DNA of 64,000 nt. Source: Nitrospinales bacterium. GTDB lineage: Bacteria; Nitrospinota; Nitrospinia; Nitrospinales; VA-1. The stretch is taken from positions 2,150,759-2,214,758 of the forward strand of contig OZ242182.1 of NCBI GenBank assembly GCA_965205835.1, written 5' to 3'. Below the pieces are notes generated by a model. That model did not search any database, was not told where the DNA came from, and was given only the letters and a program-made list of their open reading frames with translations. The position numbers were made by a program, and so were the translations under genes. Positions 22,364-30,601 of this stretch are shown one piece after another. The stretch's first letter is position 1. Each line of letters begins with the position of its first letter.

Positions 22364-22567
22364 TTATATCCCGCCACCGACGGCATGCACAATTTCAACC
22401 TCGTCGTTTTCCTGAATCGAGGTCGTGGCGTATTTGGATTTTGGAACAACTTGCCGGTTAAGGGCCATGGCGAAATTGGGCGCCTGGATATCCAGCTCGC
22501 GAGCCAGGTCCTCAAGGTTTTGGCTTTTCAGGATTTCACGGTTTTCGCCATTAATCGTAAGTTTCAC
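22364..22567 (-). CDS. thiS: Sulfur carrier protein ThiS
   Basis: INGE..., DEVEIVHAVGGG; upstream of thiG. Confidence 0.93.
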   Translation of the reverse strand: MKLTINGENREILKSQNLEDLARELDIQAPNFAMALNRQVVPKSKYATTSIQENDEVEIVHAVGGGI

Positions 22568-22626
22568 AGGAGTCTCTTTTATGCGATAATTTTCTCTCAG
22601 GCCACTCGCGGGCCCTTATTAGCAAG

Positions 22627-22793
22627 GATATCTTTAGCATAACCCGAGATTACCCCTTCGGGGCACGAAGGTTAAGGGAAAAATCACACCTTCGTCATTT
22701 TATTCTTCAGAATGACAAAATAGCCCTGTGTTGCCATTCTGAACGCAGTGAAGAATCTCGTTCTTCTGTTTTTTTGGCTTACGCAAAAGCCTC
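22627..22793 (-). mobile_element. MITE-like element, copy 1 (in the thi leader)
   Basis: Imperfect terminal inverted repeats; near-colinear with 50646-50836 on the opposite strand; flanked by ATTAGCAAG (22618-22626) and ATTAGCAGG (22794-22802). Confidence 0.75.
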
Positions 22794-23011
22794 ATTAGCA
22801 GGGCCCGATCATGGACAAAGCAATTTTTAAAGATGCCCGCAAGGGAAACGCTCCAGAAAAAGGACAAGGTTTAGTCCAAAACAGCCTTTAAATCAAGGGG
22901 ACAAAAGTATAATCGCGGATCCAACTCAGGCGGGATTCTTGGGAAGGGCAGGCACAAAAAAGGCCTCGTCCCAACCTTTGAGGAAATGTAGCGAGTCTAT
23001 TACAGATGGCT

Positions 23012-23096
23012 TCACTTCCCTTCGCTGGTATGATCCAGATCAGGTTCAAAGGGTCGTCCTTTTTCAGGACTCTCAGTCGAAAAACGCCCCCAGTGT
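23012..23096 (-). ncRNA. TPP riboswitch upstream of thiSGEC
   Basis: Reverse complement: GGGG..CTGAGA..ACCC.TTGAACCTGATCTGGATCATACCAGCGAAGGGAAG, the THI-box consensus; possible weak terminator hairpin plus U-run at ~22956-22983. Confidence 0.93.
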
Positions 23097-23169
23097 TCGT
23101 GGCAGGTCTAGATTATTTCATATTTCCCACAAGTCAACAATTATTGACGTAAAAATAAAAAAGAGTAAT

Positions 23170-24030
23170 ATGCGCATTATGTTTCTCGCACTCCTGTTGT
23201 GCGTTTTGTTGATGGTTTTCCTTTTTTGGGTCAGTTGGTTGCGTCACCCGCTCCGTGCTTGTAAATCCTCATTTTGAGATGCCACCTGAGAACCTGCCTA
23301 AAGCTCAGCTGGAGCTGTGTAACCGTGCCATGGCGCGAATAAAAAACAATCAACTCGACAACTCGATCGATCTCTGGAAACAGTTTTTGCAAAACAACCC
23401 GAGGTCGTTCAGAGGCCATAACAACCTTGGCATGGCGTTTTATTCCAATGACCAACTGGCACTTGCCGTGACGTCTTTTGAAACCGCTCTGGCTCTGGAA
23501 CCTTTTGACACTAAGATCAAGGATAACCTGAAAAGGGCATTACCGTTCCAGGCCACAATTTTTCGAGAGAACAAGGATTTTGAAACAGCTATCGAGCATC
23601 TCAAAAGGGTGAAAAAAATCACCGAGACCTTGTCTACGAGCGGGTCAATACGCTGGAAGATTATGAAGCGTTTGTGGCGAAATATCCCGACAACCCGAAA
23701 AACTCTGATGAGGCCCAGCGTCTGATTGCCAGGATGAAGCAGCAAGAACCCCTGTCAGGAGAATTTTCGGAAATGCGGGGAGACATGTTGCCCGACTCCG
23801 CGCAACGAACCACTCAGCATCAGGAGGAGGTTTTTGTCTCTGAGCCGATGGAGAGCCACGTTCCTGTTGTCTCTGTGCCTGTGTGCGGGGAATCGATAGA
23901 AATCGTGGTGGAAACAAAACAGTCTATTGATGAGGAAGAGTTTTTCGAAGAGGCACTGGATGAAAGGTCGGAGCCTGTGATGGAAGGAGTTGTGCCAAAA
24001 TTGTCAGTGATGGAGGGGCCTTCTCAGTAG
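23170..24030 (+). pseudogene. TPR-repeat lipoprotein, split by two frameshifts
   Basis: Signal peptide MRIMFLALLLCVLLMVFLF in one frame, lipobox SVGC plus TPRs in the next (T6 at 23222-23227), then TLEDYEAFVAKYP in a third frame (near A7 at 23612-23618). Confidence 0.6.
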
Positions 24031-24076
24031 TCTGCCAGTATGCAGATAATTTAATTATCAAACTATTTGGAAAACT

Positions 24077-25045
24077 ATGACAACGATTGACAAGGAAGAA
24101 CTGGATACATTGATCCAGAGTGAGTGGGATTATCTGGAATCCAAAAGAGGCGAGTGGAGCCTCCTCGAAGGGAAACAGGATATGGAAGTGCTGGAACATG
24201 TCTTGCGCTGTATCCTGCATATGGATTTGACCGAGGAAAAACGCCGCGAATTCAAAGAGTGCGTCAAAGTGCAAAACCCGGATGGCGGCTGGTCTAAAGA
24301 ATCCCACACCGAAAAAACTTCGATGTGGATCACGACTTTTGTTGGGCTAAAACTCTGTCGAGGTAATATGGCTCTCAAAGATCCGGAAATTCAAGCGACC
24401 GTTGACAAGACTCTGGAATATGTCCTGTCCACGCAGGAAGAAGATGGGCATTGGTCCGATGCTGAATGGTCTCATCTGGATACGACCTGTTCTGTCACGT
24501 GCTTTTTGACCATTTATCAGGTTACTCAGGACAAGACCGATGACGAACGTATCAGCAAGGCCCGCGTTAGAGGCTTCGAGTTTATCAAGGAATGGCAGAA
24601 AGATTCAGGACTCTGGAAAGATGAAACGTTCCATCCGGCAGGTATCGAAACCACAGCACATTTAATGCAGTACACTCTGGTTCCCGCCTACTTCATGGAC
24701 AAAATCGAGTATGCCGGCAAAATGTGCATGCAGGCGGCCGACTCTCTCGTCGCCGAACAGGCCGCAAACGGCAGTTGGGATAATGAAAATAACGACCACA
24801 CCATGGATGCCTGTCGTAACCTGATGCTGGTGTCGGACACCTTTAAGGATAAGGAAAAATACACGCCGATTATTGAAAAAGGGGTGCGCTGGCTGATTGA
24901 TACTAAAAATGAGCAGGGCTGGGGAGACTTTCCCGAGGAACCGAGCAACGTGGAACGCAGCGCAGATGGACTCGACACCCTGCTCAAATACCGGCGTTTC
25001 TGTTCCCGGAAACCGATGTCCCATTTCTGGGCTTTTTCTAAATAG
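24077..25045 (+). CDS. Prenyltransferase/squalene-cyclase QW-repeat protein
   Basis: QNPDGGW, QEEDGHW, QKDSGLW, QAANGSW, KNEQGW repeats; single-barrel length; no DxDD. Confidence 0.8.
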   Translation: MTTIDKEELDTLIQSEWDYLESKRGEWSLLEGKQDMEVLEHVLRCILHMDLTEEKRREFKECVKVQNPDGGWSKESHTEKTSMWITTFVGLKLCRGNMALKDPEIQATVDKTLEYVLSTQEEDGHWSDAEWSHLDTTCSVTCFLTIYQVTQDKTDDERISKARVRGFEFIKEWQKDSGLWKDETFHPAGIETTAHLMQYTLVPAYFMDKIEYAGKMCMQAADSLVAEQAANGSWDNENNDHTMDACRNLMLVSDTFKDKEKYTPIIEKGVRWLIDTKNEQGWGDFPEEPSNVERSADGLDTLLKYRRFCSRKPMSHFWAFSK

Positions 25046-25061
25046 CCACCAGGCGTGAGGC

Positions 25062-25104
25062 TGTGATGCCCTCTTCATTTGCCTTCATGCCTCGAAGGGA
25101 TACA
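25062..25104 (+). repeat. Dispersed ~43-bp module TGTGAT..TTCRTGCCYCGNAGGGGTA
   Basis: Similar copies at 26930-26971, 29779-29821(-), 50776-50813, 22651-22690(-), 50966-51005; partial copies at 34134-34157 and 44705-44722. Confidence 0.7.
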
Positions 25105-25197
25105 ACCGGCAATTGTGTTATTCGGCGAGCAAGCGTGCTCGTGGCTTTAAAGGCCATCGAAATTTGAATCCAGCGTCATGCTGGAAAAACTTTACGG

Positions 25198-25968
25198 GTG
25201 CTCATTTTGGAAGCAATCATATTACTTGCCGGTTACGGCTCGCGTCTGGACCGACAGGATATTCCTCATAAAGCACTGTTGCCTTTCGGCGGGGAGACAC
25301 TGCTTTCCCGCCACTTGAAATGCCTCAAGGCCCTGGGCATTCAGAAAACCCATCTCATCCTGGGTCATAATGCTCCGGTGCTGAAATCCTATGTGCGGGA
25401 GCTCAACCTTGATCTGCCGGTCCATTTCATTGACAACCCGGCTTACCGCACCACCGGCAACACCTTGTCAATGGTGATGGGACTCAAACACTGCCAGAAC
25501 GAAACATTGATTCTCGATGGCGATGTTTTGTATCCGTCCGAGGCTCTGCTCAACTATGTCCAAAAAGCGTCACGCCCTTCATTTGCGTTGATACCTGCTG
25601 ATATCAACGACGCTGAATGCGCGAAAGTATTATTGAACCCATCAGGAACCATCCACGCTTTCATCACCAAACGAGAACTGACCGACGAGGAAAAATCCAG
25701 TTTTAATTTCGGTGGCGAGGCGATCGGGTTTTTCATGTTGCGCCAGGAAGACGTCTCTCGGTTTGTCGCCCTGTATGAAAATAATGAGCCCGCCTACCGA
25801 CCCGTTCTTTGGGAAATTCCGTTCACCGAGTTTGCCAGGAACACCTCTTTGCATCACTGGAATGTTGAGGAAGAAGGCTGTTCTGAAATAGACACTCAGG
25901 AAGACTATTCCATCGCTTTGCAGCGCTTCCGGTCCTACCCGGATCAATACCAACTCCCAGTGCTGTAA
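25198..25968 (+). CDS. Nucleotidyltransferase (LicC/phosphocholine cytidylyltransferase-like)
   Basis: ILLAGYGSRL..HKALL, LDGDV, EIDTQEDY. Confidence 0.8.
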   Translation: MLILEAIILLAGYGSRLDRQDIPHKALLPFGGETLLSRHLKCLKALGIQKTHLILGHNAPVLKSYVRELNLDLPVHFIDNPAYRTTGNTLSMVMGLKHCQNETLILDGDVLYPSEALLNYVQKASRPSFALIPADINDAECAKVLLNPSGTIHAFITKRELTDEEKSSFNFGGEAIGFFMLRQEDVSRFVALYENNEPAYRPVLWEIPFTEFARNTSLHHWNVEEEGCSEIDTQEDYSIALQRFRSYPDQYQLPVL

Positions 25969-26001
25969 AATTTAGTAAATGCTATTTCTTGAATTCAAGT
26001 T

Positions 26002-26134
26002 GTAAGCGCGACTCTTCGTGTTCGTAGAAAGGTAAGCTACGGTAACATTGTGGCTTTCTCACCGATAAAAGCAAGAAGACACCTGTGAGCGGCTACGCTT
26101 AGCTTACTCAGGGGCAACTATTACAAACTCCCCT
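26002..26134. ncRNA. Candidate structured intergenic RNA of unknown family
   Basis: Nested complementary segments forming a three-way junction plus a 3' hairpin (see findings). Confidence 0.4.
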
Positions 26135-26182
26135 CATGGACAACATACAAGGGATATTGAGAGGGTCGTAACTTTACTCTCA

Positions 26183-26707
26183 TTAACTTTGAAGTGCTTT
26201 AGAAACTTTGATCAATTGGTCCGACAACTTGCGAATGCGCTGTTCGATTTCAGGGTCAGCCAGGTGATCTCCTTCAAAAGCCTCACCTGTAGCGTAAACG
26301 AATCGGGGCAGGATGATACATCGAAAGTCCAGCATCAGGCTGTTAGCCAAGCTCATGATGGACATATAGCTACCTTGTCCTCCAGCGGCACAAAGAAACC
26401 CCACCACCTTATCTTCCCAGCTCTTGCCAGTCAACTCGATCAGATTCTTTGCGACGGCATTGGCATCGTAGTTATAAATGGGGACGGAAAGCAAAATCCC
26501 CTCAGCTTTTTTAATCCGTTCAGCAACAGATATTACCTCCGGTTGCGCATAAGCCGAATCCCCATCACAAAGAGGTAAGGGAATATCCTTTAGAGACATA
26601 AAATCTACCATTGCGCCTGTTTGATGGAGTGCTTCTTTGGCTTGTTGTGCCAGGACCCGGCTACGGCTTTCAGGGTTGAGGCTACAGGCCACAGTTAAAT
26701 AGGACAT
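26183..26707 (-). CDS. NADPH-dependent FMN reductase
   Basis: CSLNPESRS, PIYNY, flavodoxin-like; start at ATG 26707 rather than 26887. Confidence 0.88.
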   Translation of the reverse strand: MSYLTVACSLNPESRSRVLAQQAKEALHQTGAMVDFMSLKDIPLPLCDGDSAYAQPEVISVAERIKKAEGILLSVPIYNYDANAVAKNLIELTGKSWEDKVVGFLCAAGGQGSYMSIMSLANSLMLDFRCIILPRFVYATGEAFEGDHLADPEIEQRIRKLSDQLIKVSKALQS

Positions 26708-26929
26708 TTGTTTCTCCAGACTTAAAATGGCTATAACAATGTGGTTGAACTTCCAGAAAATTTTTTCACGGTTGACTATTTTTTTGCACTCGGATTCTAC
26801 AGGTTTGGCTTGGGGAATGGAAGAGGGCGAGGGGAAAGGCGAGATGCTTCGACATACTTCTTTGGAGCATGAAGGCAAAGGTCTCATTATGAGAGGGAAG
26901 CTAAGCCTTCCACTATATCTATCCGTGTT

Positions 26930-26971
26930 TGTGATACCTCATCATTAATTTCATGCCTCGCGGGGGGTACA
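26930..26971 (+). repeat. Dispersed ~43-bp module copy
   Basis: tgtgatacctcatcattaatttcatgcctcgcggggggtaca resembles 25062-25104. Confidence 0.65.
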
Positions 26972-27059
26972 CCTGTGGTTAAATTTAAAACCCTTCCCGG
27001 CTTTTATTCCATCAAACAGGTTGCTACTATTAAAGCTTAACTTTACCTAAGGGGAACTT

Positions 27060-27755
27060 TTGCCTTTATCGTCCTATAAAGCGGTTTTTTTTGATGTCGG
27101 GGGGACTCTGATCCACGTTCACCCGTCGGTCGGGGATGTCTATGCCCGACACGCCCGTTCCTTCGGCTATTTGGGTTCTGCCGAAGTTTTAAACGAAGGA
27201 TTTCGTGAGCATTGGAAGAAAATGGGAGGCATCGAGTCTTTGGGTAATCAGAGCGGAATCGAAGCGGAAAGAAATTTTTGGCATGAGTTGGTTTATGAGG
27301 TGTTTCAACCGCTGGGAGGGCTTGACCGGTTTGAGGAATATTTCGATCTTATTTTTGAGGCGTTTCGAGAGAAATCCAATTGGCGAGTTTATGAAGATGT
27401 GATCGAATCAAAAATTCTCGATACTCTGAAAGAAAGGGGTGTGGTGCTAGGGGTCATTTCTAACTGGGATTCGCGGTTGACCTCCACCCTGGAAAATATT
27501 GGTCTCGCACGTTATTTTGATTTTATCCTTCCTTCTGCTGTTGTCGGTTCGGCAAAGCCCGATAAAAAAATATTTGAGGAAGCGTTAAGGTTGAGCAGAG
27601 TCGAAGCCCATGAAGCCTGCCATGTTGGCGATGAAATGCGAACGGATGTAGATGGGGCCCGGGCGGTTGGTATACACCCTGTCCTGTTGGACCGGGATAA
27701 CCGTTTTGACAGGGTGGGGGTGACGAAAGTCGCTTCCCTTAGGGAGCTAAATTAG
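27060..27755 (+). CDS. HAD-superfamily hydrolase
   Basis: FFDVGGTL, ISNWD, KPD, HVGD...D. Confidence 0.9.
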   Translation: MPLSSYKAVFFDVGGTLIHVHPSVGDVYARHARSFGYLGSAEVLNEGFREHWKKMGGIESLGNQSGIEAERNFWHELVYEVFQPLGGLDRFEEYFDLIFEAFREKSNWRVYEDVIESKILDTLKERGVVLGVISNWDSRLTSTLENIGLARYFDFILPSAVVGSAKPDKKIFEEALRLSRVEAHEACHVGDEMRTDVDGARAVGIHPVLLDRDNRFDRVGVTKVASLRELN

Positions 27756-27795
27756 TTGACTGAATCGTGAAGCGCGGAAAGTAGATTGGCAGATT

Positions 27796-28022
27796 TCAAG
27801 CCTTATGCCCTTTTACGTCATCCATTTTGGCGTTTTTAAAGCTGACATCTTTAGTATCGGCTTTAGTTAAGTCCGCTTTGGAGAGGTCTGCTCCATGAAA
27901 AGACACGGTGTTGAGGTTGGCCTCCTCTAAATCGCAACCGACCAGAGACGCGAAGGTCATGCCGGTCTTTTTGCGTTTTGCCTGGACCAGTTTGGCCTCG
28001 TGCATTTTGGCCTGACTGAATA
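27796..28022 (-). pseudogene. Pentapeptide-repeat protein fragment
   Basis: A(D/N)LXX repeats (ANLNT, ADLSK, ADLTK, AKMDD); no convincing start or SD, and the longer ORF overlaps the upstream gene. Confidence 0.5.
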
Positions 28023-28048
28023 GTGGGTGTAATTTTAATACTTTCGAA

Positions 28049-29572
28049 TTAACCCTTTTTGCCGAAATGCTCTGCCTGCTGTTTTTGCTTTTGGCTTTCC
28101 CGGAATTCCAGAGCCAGTAAAAAATAAAATGGGAGATATTCGACCCAGGGAATCCATAGGCTGAATGGTTGGAGTTCTTGATAATCAAAATAAAAGTCAA
28201 GATAATAAAGGCCCACCAGTCCGGTCAATATCATCCAAGACCGCGCGGGAAATACGCACAAAAATGGTACCACCCAGCAGAGATACCATGGGTTCTGCAC
28301 GGGACTCAGGAGAAAAACCAGAGCCATGATCCAGAAAAGTCCGCGAACAAATTCTACGGGTTGTTGAGTAAGAGAGGCCCCCTTGTACAGCAATCGGAAT
28401 AAAACCACGGTCAAAGTAATGGCTACTGTAAATTTACTCAGGAAAATCGGCAAAGGATTGGAAAGAATCATTTCATTTGCGAACCCGCCTGATACACTTT
28501 TAAAGATGAAAACCAGAATAGCAAAAATGCTGTCATTGCTCTGCCAGTACAGGGTGAAGGCTTTGAGTCCATCAAACATCTGCGGTCCGATTCCCATAAA
28601 AGGAAGATACCCCAAAACGACCACTCCGAAAAACAGACCGGCATTGCCGAAAGCAGTCAGCCATGACTTTTTTCCTGCCCGCCGCATTTTTTCATAACAG
28701 GCTTTGAGGTACAGGGGGAGCAAAATCACAGGATACAGTTTCCCCAGAAAGCCAAAGGCCAGAAACAGGGTCGCCAAGGTATGGCGGTGATAAAGCAAAA
28801 AATAAATGGAGCCAGTGAGCAGGGATATACCGATGATATCCAAATGGGTCGAGTTAAAAGTTTCCTTGATGATGAGAGGACTCCAGAAGTAAATCAGGCA
28901 AGCGGATTTATCTATCCCCAACCTCGAAAGGATGCCAACGATAAATACTAAAGTCATGATGTCGAAAATTAAAAACCCGGAACGCAGAGCGATAATGCTG
29001 TCGGGTTTTATTTGGTGTGTCAGGCGGAACACAAACTGCGCCATCGGCGGGTAGATGGTCGACACATCCGGGTGGTTCACCCGTTCCAGATATTTAAGGG
29101 ATTGGGGAGATGCCCATTTCAACGCATCCAGTTGTTCCAGCTCGCGCTCGTTGCGCTCAACATAAGTTTCATAATAGTTTTCTGGATTCTGGATCCTTAG
29201 TGCCTTGAAGTTGTGTACTTCGGCGGGGGCGTATTCAAATGGATTGATTCCATTCGCGAATACTTTTCCATCCCATAAATAGCGATAGACGTCATCTTCT
29301 TGAATCTGCTGGGAAGGGAGGATGGTGGCACGAAACAACAGGCCGAACACGATGACCATCCAAAAATTGCCTGGGTCTCTAGGGTGCTTGCGCACGAAAA
29401 ACCAGGTGAGGCCATAAAGCATACACAGGGAAAAATAAACAGCAAGATAGGTGAGAAGGGGTCTTTCTGAATAGCCTTCTCCCCAGTTGAATTGGCGGGA
29501 AAGCTGGGTCAGGAACCCATAAAGCAGGAGGCTGGCTATCCCCGTTAATAGGATAGGGAGTCGGGAACGCAT
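28049..29572 (-). CDS. GT-C fold membrane glycosyltransferase (GT87/DUF2029-like)
   Basis: EDDVYRYLWDG..NPF, TIYPP, PWY motifs; multiple TM segments. Confidence 0.75.
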   Translation of the reverse strand: MRSRLPILLTGIASLLLYGFLTQLSRQFNWGEGYSERPLLTYLAVYFSLCMLYGLTWFFVRKHPRDPGNFWMVIVFGLLFRATILPSQQIQEDDVYRYLWDGKVFANGINPFEYAPAEVHNFKALRIQNPENYYETYVERNERELEQLDALKWASPQSLKYLERVNHPDVSTIYPPMAQFVFRLTHQIKPDSIIALRSGFLIFDIMTLVFIVGILSRLGIDKSACLIYFWSPLIIKETFNSTHLDIIGISLLTGSIYFLLYHRHTLATLFLAFGFLGKLYPVILLPLYLKACYEKMRRAGKKSWLTAFGNAGLFFGVVVLGYLPFMGIGPQMFDGLKAFTLYWQSNDSIFAILVFIFKSVSGGFANEMILSNPLPIFLSKFTVAITLTVVLFRLLYKGASLTQQPVEFVRGLFWIMALVFLLSPVQNPWYLCWVVPFLCVFPARSWMILTGLVGLYYLDFYFDYQELQPFSLWIPWVEYLPFYFLLALEFRESQKQKQQAEHFGKKG

Positions 29573-29778
29573 ACCTGGCTACTGGCTAGGGATTGCGGGC
29601 AAAAGAACTCTGCCCCTCTAGGGTTCCCAACTGGTCGATCCGCCGTTCCATTTTTTTCAGCCGTGGATATGTAGATGGTAGTGTGTCTTTGTTTGTGTTT
29701 ATGGTCGACACCGATTAGCAGGAGAGGTAGCTTTAAGGTCTGGATAACTCTTTGCCAGCAAATGACGCTATCGCTCAT

Positions 29779-29842
29779 TGTACCCGTGCAGGGCACGAAT
29801 AGCAATGAGGAGGTCATCACATCCACTGGCCTCACGCCTGGT
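29779..29842 (-). repeat. Dispersed module copy with CCACCAGGCGTGAGGC leader
   Basis: Reverse complement matches 25046-25104. Confidence 0.65.
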
Positions 29843-29939
29843 GGTGGCCAGGGGGAGAAATAACTTTAACTTAGCCGCTAAGGTAGCTAAAATGTGATAG
29901 TGAGTCGAACCCGTTTCTCCGTTTCCCGATACCTCGTTT

Positions 29940-30260
29940 ATGGACAGAAATCTAAAACAAAGTTCAAGCGGAAACTGGTCAGAAATAAGGTCGGTTCTTT
30001 TTCAGTCTCTTCCCGATGAAATGTTTTCCAAGGCGAATCAACAGGAATGGTTGACCTATCATTGGAACCTGGTAGTGGGAAAGGAAATTTCAAGGGTCTC
30101 CACCATTGACAAGGTGGTGCGAGGGATCCTCCATGTGCGGGTAGAGGGTAAGGAGTGGGTGCCGGTTTTGGATCCGTTAAAAAGCAAAACCATACAGGAA
30201 ATAAACAGTAGGGCAGGTAAACCGTTGTTAAACAGTATTGTGTTTAAGGCGGTAGTCTGA
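29940..30260 (+). CDS. DUF721/DciA-family protein
   Basis: W..VVG..IS...GIL.V.V....W...L pattern; ~100 aa. Confidence 0.7.
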   Translation: MDRNLKQSSSGNWSEIRSVLFQSLPDEMFSKANQQEWLTYHWNLVVGKEISRVSTIDKVVRGILHVRVEGKEWVPVLDPLKSKTIQEINSRAGKPLLNSIVFKAVV

Positions 30261-30348
30261 TACACTACGTTAGGGCAATGATGAAAGCTATAGTCCGTGA
30301 ATTAAAGTCCACTTGCGTAGTATTTTTCCTTGGGCTTCGTGCTTGGAA

Positions 30349-30517
30349 GAGACCTTTGCGTAAGTCAAAAAAAGGGAAAGACGAGATTGCCTGTTCCGAG
30401 CACGAAAGCTTAAGTGAAACATCACGTCTTCACCGCGTTCATAATGACACGGGACACCGGTTTGTCGTCCTCGAGGAGCCGAAGGCGACGAAGGACCAGG
30501 GGTTATGCCAAGGTCTC
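30349..30517 (+). mobile_element. MITE-like element, copy 2
   Basis: Terminal inverted repeats GAGACCTTTGCGTAA / TTATGCCAAGGTCTC (13/15); internal similarity to the other copies. Confidence 0.72.
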
Positions 30518-30601
30518 GCCCCGGAGATGTACAAATTGCAATATTTTCCCCTAGCTAGAAATGATTTTCCCGGTTGGACAAGCCATCGTCCAGTTGCTTC
30601 C

